Shown here piece by piece: positions 10,472 through 22,400 of a stretch of 64,000 bases of DNA. The stretch covers positions 820,362-884,361 of the forward strand of contig NMRA01000007.1 in the NCBI GenBank assembly GCA_002633005.1. Direction: 5' to 3'. Positions within the stretch are counted from its first letter, which is position 1, and every line of letters starts with the position of its first letter. The DNA comes from Phoronis australis (Eukaryota > Animalia > Phoronida). Position numbers and translations under genes: made by a program. The notes below the pieces were generated by a model. That model was not told where the DNA came from, searched no databases, and saw only the letters and a list, made by a program, of their open reading frames with translations.

Positions 10472-13400
10472 CTACAAGACACAAACAATTGTTTCATGAG
10501 TACAATTATTGCCCTGTAATTGTTTCCATCGTGCCCTGCAATCATCGGTAATGCCAAAATGGGCAAACTTCATTGATCCACAACTTTAAAATGTCCCAAG
10601 TCTTAGTGTTTTGATGGTTGACATTTCAATTGCTTGAATGTGAAACACAAAAATTGGAGAACTGGTCCCGTAGGCATTGACCCAGAAAATGAATGTGCCA
10701 AGAAATGTTCAAAACTACAAAGTGAGCTGAAAATCAACAAAAGCCTAAAATTGACCAAAATGAAGATTTGCAAAATATTGGATGTCAATTGAAGTTGTTC
10801 TACATAAATAATGTGTATGAAGAAAGGTAAAGAGTAGAAGTGAAAAATAAAGATATAATTTCATACAACTCATCAATATTGTACTTTTGAAAAGAAACTT
10901 CCACGAAGGATGACAACTACTCTTCATATTATTATTTCCTCAAAGTTATCGCATAAAAAGAACAAAAACATTGTCTGCATTCTGTGTTTCATTACAGATG
11001 TTTTATGCGCGAGAATGACACAAACGAGACCCGCACCATTTCCTTCCAAAAACAAAAAAAACACGTGAACTTAACTTTATGGCAAATAATATGATCATTT
11101 CTTTCAAAAAGAATTTCTATGAAAACTAAATGAACAATAGCCTCAAAAGTGAAACTTCCAAACTTTCCTTAAAACCTATTGTAATCCCTAAGTATCGGAT
11201 TGTGTGGTGTCAAACAACTGTGCTGAATACGAAAATGCTATTAGAAAATACTATAAGAAATCTCTGAATGAAATCCACGAACAAGTTTATTCATACAAAA
11301 CAAGAATTGTTGTGCACCTATTATTCCGAATTCATAATAGACAAGTGAGTGAACAATATGAGAAGGTAAAGATAAGCACATTTAATGCAAGGCTTGGCTG
11401 CTTCCACATGGTTACACCAACAGCAGACAAAGACATTGTCTCTTCTAGTTGAAATTGTTCAATTATTACCAACGAGAACTCCTTCAAAGGCAGAAAACCT
11501 TGTTGAATTTGAATTTGAACTAGGCTAAAGGCGATACAGAATTTCTTACATAAATCGCAGTCCAAGACAAGGGCCTGCTATGGTCAAGGGTGGTCTATAT
11601 GGCCTCTCAGACCACTAGATTAGGTTGGATTATCAGTGATAATCCAACCATCGAGACATGTTATTGTTCTGTGCGCTTGATCCACACACCTGAGAGGTAG
11701 TCTACACCAACACACCTGACTGACACTAACAGGTGAAGAACTGATACCTCTCCAACAACCAACACTGGCTAAACACTGCCATTATAGGTGGCCAGTATAT
11801 ACTACAAGAACACTTGGCAAAGGCTCAGTTAAATCAATAAGGGGTATTTAGTTCTTCGTAACAAAGATGCAACTAAATCCCTTACAACTTGTGACAGTTG
11901 ATGACCGATTAGTGAACCTGGTTACCAATACAAAATATCACCTCTACAAACTGATAGAGACTACTCTGGTGTCTACCGAAGGTTCTGCACAATTGTTTCT
12001 AGTAAATATTGATACGCTGAATAAACGCATATTTTTAAACTCAGCTATTCAAATGAAAGCAGTCAAAAGGTTGATTCAGTAGTTTGAACCCAGCGCTCTA
12101 GGAAGGTGTTCCATAGGGCGTGTTGGTAGGGGCATGCGGAGAACTGGCTTGGGTATTTTTGTCTTTGTCTCGGGTTGGCATTTTTCCATCTCCATTATCA
12201 TCTTGGGAGAGCATTTTACTTGGATTGATATTCTGCCCTTAGTCATCATTTTGAGTAGGTCTGTCAAGTTTATAATACCACTGGTCATTTGGGTTAGATG
12301 AGCGAACAAAAACAGAGGGAAGGATTGGTGAACATGCTGTTCGGGTGTGTTTTTTTTTCGTCATACGGCATTGTCCATGAAACACATTTTCCCAGGTGTT
12401 TTGGACTGGATTTTGAATGTGCAGTGGGACCCCCCCATACCCATAGAGAGACCTAGGATAGACACTGCGCAAGACAAGGTTCTTTGACACTTAGTAATTG
12501 ATGACCGACTCAATCATTTTGATAATACAACAACATTACATAATAGGAAGTAAGGCAAAACAAATAATTAATCACCTGCAGACTAACGACTATGAGGAAT
12601 AATTAGTAATTCACTTCATTGAAAAACAAAACTTTCTGAGAAGACAAAGGCAAAAAAGAAACACAACAACAGTGCTTTCAATTTTTGAGAGTGAAGACTA
12701 ATTGTTGTCCAAAACTGAGGATTAATAATGCAATTTTGAAACAAATTATATTTCATTTTTGTCCACTAGATGCATGCCTAAGAAACATACAGCTTTAGAA
12801 ATAGCATCAACCGAGACAATTGGATTCTTCATAACCCTAAACGTAGGATATCATCCTCGATTGAGGTATCTTTTAAGAATACATCACATACTTGGCCAAA
12901 GGTTACATAGGACTCTAGAAAAATGTTCAATTTTGGCAAACTTCAGAACAAATCTGAGAAATCACTGATCAAGCATACCTAAAACTTTGAAATACTACAC
13001 TTTATACACTGTTATTCTAAACGTTATTAGGAATTGTTTTAGGGATTTGTTTATGAAATGTTCCACTTTTGCATGAGGCCAGAAAAATAGGACCTTGGCG
13101 AAAACAAAATTTAAAGTAGAAAAGAACAAAAATGAAATAATAAAAAAATGTTAAAGCGTTTTTTGAGACTTTATCTTGAACACTTATATCACACAAAATT
13201 TGGTCATGTTATTGATCCTTTTGTTTTGCTATGCGATGTACCTTTCCTTTTGCTACATGACTTAATTAGTGGCAGATTTGTATACAGTCAAAAATCAAAT
13301 TCTATGAAATTTCTGCTTTCAGAAATAAATACTTTTGCTGAGTTAAACTCTTTAGTTTTGTAGATAATTGGCTGAATATAAAGTTTTGTCAGTAAGCTTA

Positions 13401-16400
13401 CCTGTAACCAGGTAAAACAAGTAAAGACTTGTCAGTAAGCTTACCTGTAACCAGGTAAAACAAGATAAGCACTGCAGTAGAATTTATTTTTAATTAGTTT
13501 GTTAGTTATAACTTATGACATCTCTATACACAAAGAGCAGTTTTTTTAAAAAATGGACCAAATTAAAAATGATTTGCTATGCATTTTCTTCTGATTTCTT
13601 TTGTAAATTTCACTATAATTTCAACAGAATCAGCCACCCTTTGGTTAAAAACTACTGTAAAGCAAATGAAAAATCAACAGTCATTGGCCAAGCCTGTTGA
13701 AGCTGGTGGATTTCTGCAACTTTTTTACTAACAGATGCTCTTAATGTCTGTTTTTGTGTGAAAATCATATATCATGAAAGACTCGAGATAAATATAGTTT
13801 AGCGAATGACCAGTTTCATCGCTTGCATTTGGTAGTAATTACGAAATAAATTTCTGAGGAGTAATATATCAAAAATAAGCCATAACAATACGTACTTCAC
13901 TTTATTGTGGATGGGCAAATGCCATCGATTCCCCCATAAACCACGTTACTGAGATGTTGATAATCTGGGTCACAAGCGACAAACAATATGTTATGTTATG
14001 TCTTGCCATGCAATGACCGGCTCAGTAATCCTCTCGAATCATTCACTATAGAACCATACAGACAGAGCCCGATAAAGAGCTCATAACAACACAAAAACCA
14101 GAAACTTTCTAGCATGAATGGAAACCCCAAACACCAAACAGCCGATTCGTACTCGCAGAGTAACATAATCTACCAGGCACCTTCCACGACAATTTGTTGA
14201 AACTCAACGTCACAAAACATTCAATATCCGAAGCGATATCCGAGACGATATCCAGGCTATTTTCCAAGCCAATATCCATGCCGTTATCCAAACCAATATC
14301 CAGGCTGATATCCAAGCCATGGTCTCAGCTAACCTGCCAACAACACAGGTCACCAATGCGGGTTTCTGCGATGTTGTTAGCATTCCAAACGGTTACACAT
14401 TGCACGATCAATTCCATGTTACTCCTACACCATACAAAGACAACTGTGGATAAACTTTTCCTAAGGAACAGCTTTATAACTCGAGTGGACCAAATAAGAG
14501 TATTTCCATCCTAAACTGATAACTAAAATCCCCCAATACTAATGCCATGGAATCAGATGAAAGACTGAGTCGTCGACTACCAAATGGAGTGTCAGACAAC
14601 TAGCTTTAACTGAAATCTTTCCTACTTAGGGGAATTACAATACAAGGATTGGCTTGATAATCTTCTCAGAGCCATGGATATTTTTTGACACCATGGATTT
14701 GAACCAGCCAGCTTTTTACAATGAGTCACATAATGTTCAAGTTGAACTCTTAACATAAGCCAAATCTGCTAATCAGATCAAGTGTAGAAGCTGATCTGAC
14801 TACCGGGGCTAAATCCCTAGGAAAGCAACTTACTGCAATAAATACAAGTCTGCAAGTTTAAAAAAATGTCCACAGAGTACACTTCAGTTCATGGTTTCTA
14901 CACACGAATGCATTTGGTTCTGAATGCTTTGTTTAGAATAATTTGGCAGAAGCTCCTCCATTAGACAAAATGTGCTGAAGACACGACAAGGTTCAAGATT
15001 ATTAATTTTCAAAAATATTCGCGCGAGCTCTCTGCATCTTTGACAATCATTCGCAGCACAACAATAATGCAGATGACCAAGACACATAAGAAAACTAATG
15101 ATTGAAATGAAATACGTGTACAGATATGTTCAATACCGCATTTACCATAACGCTACACCCAGGCCTTCATCCAGGATTTTGAAAATAGGGGGTCCAAAAT
15201 GGGGTTCCCAATATTCCAGGGCGTCCATGATTCTGACGCGTAACCCCCCACCCCAAGCAATACCCCCAAACACACAGATTTTTTTACAAAAAATGCATAG
15301 ATCAAGGTTTTTACATCTAAGTTTATAAAACAGCCTTCTATGGCGAGCATTTTTACTCAAAAAAACTGTGTAGACCAAGACTTTTACAATGCTGTCAATC
15401 AAGTGTCAAAATAGCAACAATGCATATACTTTGTATATACATTGTATATTTCTTCCTGCTTTGAAAAAAAGAGACCCCACTGTGAGCCTTCAGAGGCTTC
15501 CTAGTATTCATTACAATGTGTGAGTCCAAACTTGAAAGGTTGCTATTGACAGTGGGCGTCCAAATGATACATTGGGCGTCCTTGCCAGGGCGGCCAGATT
15601 AGTGCTAGGGCGTCCATTTGGACGCCCAGGACGTACGCTGCATAAAGGCCTGGCTACACCGCTACACCGTTTTGCATTAAAATTAGTTAGTCATTCTGAT
15701 GCCAATACGGTTTTATTGTTGCATAGAGACTTGCAATGTAGACATCAACCAAGAGCAATACAGATAAAACGTTAATATGCGCAGCGCATACAGCACAGAT
15801 ACAAGGGATGATCGTTATTTCAAACATTCCCACTAGATGGAGCAATACCAGTAAACTTAAATAGCCTCAAGGAGATGCAAGTAGGTTGTCCAAAATTTGA
15901 ATTCCAAGAACATCAGTCGATCACTTAAGCAGATACCAAAAGGGAACCCAAAAAATTGCCAAAAGGTGCAGCACAACGTGTATGGGAAAATCTCAGTACA
16001 GTAAACTTTCCTCAATTTCGAACAAAAATAATGGCTAAAACTAACATTTTTTACTGTTGCAAACGGTCCCTGTAAGGCCAAGAATGTTCCAAATTTCACA
16101 GTGGGTTTTTGATGACAGACGAACAATATAAAGATTTCAAATAACCAAGTAAAATTGCCCTCTTGTTGAAAACTCTGATCAAATAAATTTTACTGTTTCG
16201 GCATATTGTATTTTAGGACACAATATGGTGGACAGGAGAATTTGCTTTGCACATTTGTTCATAAATGATATACAAGACCAAAATGATGCATTGCCAAGTT
16301 TTCAGGCAATACTTTAAATGTTTTTGAACATTCACAACAAATTTAGAAGCCCTTCCAAAATGAAAAATGCAAGTATTTTTGTCATAAATTGATGAGATTT

Positions 16401-19400
16401 TACTGCATTTGTCCGAAAACACCAGGGGGTGCTGCCATATCTGTTATAAAAACGTCATTGCTAGATTTCGTAAAGATAATGCACAAGTTTTGACAGAGGG
16501 AGCTGGACGCCAAAAAATAAAACTGCCCCTAGGTGACCCAACACAGTACAGATTTGTCCAAACATTGACAGGTGCTGTCCTATCCCCAGTACAAATACAC
16601 AAGCTGAGTTTCATGTTTATCTTTTAAATGATCTCACAGATAGATAAGCAGATATACGGAATTTTTATGATTCTTCAAATGGTTGAATGTAGAGAGAGAG
16701 GAGTCGTACATAATAAAATGGACACTAGGAGGGTAGCATATGTTGAACTTGCCGGAAAATGGGAAGAGGTTATAAAATTAACGAATGATACATGGTGCTA
16801 CTAATCTTTTGTAATTTTTTTTTTAAATTTACATGTGTATCATCTTTTGTCCCAAATAAGCCAGATTTTATCGGCAATTGTGTTCCATGCGACCAGCTGC
16901 TGCCACTTTCACATGGTGTTTTTATCACACAGGGTCTCAAGTCAAGTCGGGATTATTGTTTGAAAAGAACTGTTTATTCATTTTGGATTCTGCTTTCAAA
17001 TCAAAACCGATATTTTCACGAAACATTCAAAGTAGTGGCTTTACACTTATAGACTTTTTCATTACAAGACTACATTCATGCTGTTATGTGTGCCATGAAC
17101 AGCAATCCACGAGACAGAGAATGTCATTCTTCTGCTACTGTTGATTTATCACACCATTTCTAATTCATAAATTTTCATAAACAGACCATAAATGAAATAG
17201 CAGCAATTCCCCACATCAAAGAAAGGGACAAAAGGAAGGACTGAAGAAACCAGATTTTGAAGCACTGTTATTCCCCAGTTAGATTGTGTTCATTGTTTTT
17301 CACAGACAGCAAGTCCAGGTTTACAGAAGAGTAACAACTGAAATCACATGTCTACATAAACATGGATTGTTAAGCGACCACAAAACCAGAGTTGCTCAAG
17401 AAAACACAGTGTGGTCAATACGAAAACAAGCCGCCCTGGCTGACTGGAGAACTCTGTTATGTAATATTCACAGCAAGTTACATACTTCACTAAATTGACA
17501 CTATGAAAACATATCATTCAAAATCAAAAAGACCCATCTCAACTCCTCTCAATAGAAAGATGTCTGATTTCACACAGTGTCAACACCACAGGGGCGTTGT
17601 GTTCCCACCTAAACAGCCCCTAGCTAACAAGGTATATAGACTGTGTTGATATATAGCCAGGACAATTAGTCAAAACAACAGACCAGGTCAATTAAACCTA
17701 CTGGCACGCGTCTTGGAAAAAGAAAACAGCAATGCCACCTGCAGTTGGAATTGGATAACGGCAATTGTGCCGTGTAGCAAGCGGCTAATTAGTTTATGTA
17801 GCCATGTTTTGATATCTTGTCCAGATTCAAGATGAGGATGAATAGAATGCCTGGTTAACAGATAACAATGACCGTGAATCAGAGGCGAAATCAATGATCT
17901 AACTAACAAGGCATTGTGCATAATTACAAACATACCTTTATATAGATTGCAGGTGGTGGTGCACCTGAGCCACTTATTCGTGTGTGATGAAATGAACAGG
18001 CAGTCTAATTAGCAGGTATCACCCACAGGTGACTAACTAGTGTCCGTGTATGATGTAATATAGTCATCTTGAGTGGTCAGACGGCAAATTAGGCCGGGAC
18101 CCCAAACCGGGAAATAGTGTTAACCGAAATAAATAATGTATTTTATAAACCAAATAATTACTGTTATCAAACATAGGTGATGATATGGCCGTGAAATAAC
18201 TGTGTTATCACACCGTGAAATATGTCACAACTATTTTTCTGCATTTTCTCTAGAGAAAATAACCGTTATCATCTTGGAGAAAATAACCCTGGAAATGCCG
18301 TAAGGATTGCGGTATTTGGCAGACTAAATCCATAAAAATTACTGTAGATCTTTTAAACTCATCTCCTTACATAGTAGCTCTCACGGCTCACAATTCTCAA
18401 CTGGTGTTAGAGTGAAAAAGTACAGGTCAATTTGAAAGACTTAAGTCTGACTGCACAACAAAACGGGGCCACAATGAGCTCACAGGGAGAAAGGTTGTCA
18501 CTTGGAACAAACACTGACCAATTGTTGAAGACAAACAAGGAAAATGGCGTCAACAGTCATTGCGTTTTAAAAATTTGTAAGACCCAGGGAAAAGGTCCTA
18601 GTTTGGAACATCATATCTCAGAACAGATGGGATTCATATGAAACTTTCAGATACTATGTTTTAGGCACAGTTTTACAAAACTCTGTAAGAATTTGTTCTT
18701 GAAGTGTTCCACTTTTGTAAGAGGGGTTATCAAAAACTGGATTTTTACGACTTTCACGGAAAAAAACTCTAAAATGCATAAAACAAAAGCAAAACTATAA
18801 TTTTGAAAACTATTCATTTTGAAAACCACAACAGCATTTTTTAGATTTTATCTTGAATATTTATATCAAATGAAATTTGGCCATAATAATGGTTCCTTTG
18901 TTTTGTCATGAAAATACCTTTATGTTTTGATACGGTACTTTACTGCAGATAAATGGTCAGATGACCCAATCAACAGGAGATTTGAGTGAACAATCATGTT
19001 GCACCGATATTGTACTTTTAAAAAGTCCACATTTACCAAGTTAAAAAGTTTTATAGATATGTGGCTAAATGCTCAAATTTGTCAATAAGGTCCTACATAA
19101 CCTTATAGGGAAAAATATGACTTTTGTATTTTAAATTTAAACGCCCTCGGCACTATCTAAATTTAGCACATGTATGACAAAACACAATGACAAAGTGTAA
19201 GTCTGCCGTGATGTTTACATACTGCAACAAGCTGTGACTACTTATTTCAGAAGAGTTATGTAAATTTCAAGCATGCTAAATGTGCTGACAGGATGTTTAT
19301 TTTTTGCTTTGCAATATAGTATTTCAAGTCTTTAACACTTTCACGGACACATGTTAGTTAATTGAAAGTCAATTAGTTCCTCTCAATTTCTAATTAACTC

Positions 19401-22400
19401 TCTGTTTTGATACTTGCCATAGTTCTGTGTTGACACAAAAAGTTTACAAATTTTAGAGAGCATTCACAAAGAATGTGTTAGAGAAAACAGAATTTTTTGA
19501 TGAAGCAAACGTAGACTAACTTGTGTTATTCAATCATGAAAAATGTGAGAAAATGTAAATCATAAAATAAGTCACACAGATGTCATAACCATCTCAACGT
19601 CTACATGATCTTTCCAAACTTATGGCAAATCTTCACTTAATTTTGCCCAAAAACTATAATTGCCAAAACTGCAATTTTTCTGAATTTCAAAGGCTGACTT
19701 ATAAACAATGGAAATCTAACCAAATCCTGTTTTAGAACATCTGCAAAGTACAAACTAAGTCAACAGAAGATCAGATTCTTCACCTTGATTTTTATCGGGA
19801 AAATTGACAGAATAATATTTCACATTTCTGCCATGTTGCACACGCACACCCAAAGTGGGTTCGGGGAGCTCAAATGAGCCCCTCATTTGGCAAAGTGGGC
19901 AAAAAGGTCCGCCTAAGAGAAACAAAAAGTCTGAGAAAACGAGACATGAAATCCACAGGAATCTGGCGCTAATGCACAATTCATAGGTCTGAACTTAGTA
20001 CCCCGTTTTTTTTTAGTCCCCATTTTTTTTGTAAAAGGTTCACATACGGAAGAATTTGAGCCCCCCCCCATATTTTAGGCTGTGTGCGCACATGTGTTGT
20101 GTACTACATAAGGAGAATGGGGAAGAAGAACTGCAGGTTCAATGTTTGCCTACAACATTGCCACAAACGAGTCTAAAAGGACTCAAAACTTTTTTTAAAC
20201 GTTTGTAAAATGGGATGATGAGTCTGAGAAAAATTAATTCAAAACCAAGCTGGTACGCATCACACTTATATAAAGCTACCTGTAAAATTGAAAGTTATAA
20301 GTAGATTTTAATTAATAGATGATGATAAAATCAATGCTGAAAGGAAATTTAATAGGATGAAGTCATTCTATATTAGCAGGTTTATGTTATTTGATTTGAA
20401 TTAAGCTGTTTAGGCTTAGATTGCAACTGTTTACCTTAGGAATTTTTAATTTGCCAAGAAAAGCAATGTCTTTTATAGAAATCAGCAAAATTTTATAGTC
20501 CAATAATGGTAATCGAACATCATGGCATATTTAGACCAAAATAAGCTCATGTTTCAGCAGCGTCATGACATTTGTTAACTTTTCACCAAGACAGATCTAA
20601 AAGTCGATTCTGTTAAGGTCCATTTCACCCCGTTTAGCTGGCTCAAAAATAAAAATCGAATTAGTCCATTTACTGTCATAAAATTGGTCTCGTAATATTC
20701 CTTACTGTGATAGTTTAAAAAAAACTTTCAGTTTATTGGAATTGCCCAACCCCAAAATTGCGAATAGGAAAGTGGTAAATTTATGAAATAGGCCGTAAAA
20801 TTGGAAATAAAGTGACAGGATTAAAAATAAACTGGAGTTAGCCAATACCAAAATTGAAAATTCGAAAACGGTGCATTGCCTGTGACTCAAGTTCAAAATT
20901 GAAATGAAATCCTATCACAGAAAGAAATATCATGAGACTGAATTCATGAGAGTCCAACACCTAATTCAATTTTTATTTTTTGCCAGCTAAACAGGGAAAT
21001 GCAGCTCTTAGCGCATTTGCCGAAATTTTTTTCACAAAAAATTAAAGCTTGGTCAGTATGTAGTTTGTACATAGAAACATTCTTGTTTAGTGACCAAATT
21101 CAGCATTGAATACAATTGTACCATACAAGAAGCATCGCTGAAATATCAAGACTAGAAAAGCAAATTTTTTAACATAACTTTATCTTTTAAGATTTAACAA
21201 ATGTTTCTATGTAATCAGGTTGCACTTTGCATTTATTATTTTTTGACATTCAGTGACAAACTTGAAATGAACAGATTTTCCCAACAAAAAGTCAGCTTGG
21301 TGAAAATATATGGCTGTAGGATGAAATGATACAAAACTGACTTAAGAAGATTAAATTCCAATAACATGTTTTGCAAACATTTGACAAATAAAATTAATCA
21401 GGAAAAAGGTAACAAGCTGTTGTCAGCAACAAATGGTCGGCTAATTCATCACCCCTGACATGTCTATTGTCACCACCATAGACCATGTCTCAGTGTTGAC
21501 TTCACATGTATATGTTGACTGGTGGTGGGGTGCACTGGAACATGACAATCCTCCCGTTTCACACACAATTGTGGATAACAGTCATTTAAAGGCTATTTTA
21601 AGAGTACCTTCACCCGCATGTGGTTACGTACCCTTGTGTGATGCGTAGGACAAAAGCACATTTGCATAAATATCCATTACAATATCAAATGACGAAAAAT
21701 ATAAAATCTATTTACAAACAGTTTTGTTCTATAGACCAGGTAAATTGCTAAAAACAACAGATGCTGGAATATTTTATAAAGTATCCAATTGAACTTTCTC
21801 AGCAGATTCACGGAAAGAACAGTAATTCTCCACCTATTTTGCACAAAAATGATTGCCAAAATTGTCATTTTCCATTTTTTAAAGACTTATTGGTTATACC
21901 TTTTTGCAAACAATGACATTTTCAGCAAATGCTGTTTTATGACATCTCAACACTACAATCTATGTTTGTAACAGACTAAAATGCTCTTACTCTTTACTTT
22001 TGTGGAGACATTTTAAGAAAACAGAATTTCAATTATCGGCTAAGCTGTGTGCTAAATAACTCGATGAATTACAGAAAAAAATGTACAATATTTCATGCGT
22101 GGAAACAAAGATCCACTTTCATTTCCCAACAAATCAAAACAGTTTATTAACACAAACTCCACTGACCACCACTTATCAATTTATGCTATTTGATTTACGT
22201 CTCAAGTTGCCATTAGCTACTAACTTGCCTCGAAAATCCAATCGGGCAACAATGGCTTCATCCGAACTCATCACCTACTTATGACCAACAATAATATTTG
22301 GAAAACTGGCAAAACAAAAGTAGGGCGCTGACATGGCTGGAACGATCACTGCGCAGGTACTGGGACACTGGCTATTCATAAGAAACCCTATCGCAGTCAC

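Noticed and set aside
14109-14514. Repeat-protein ORFs (DIGLD / SKPIS)
   Set aside because: Open only because of a 12-bp tandem repeat.
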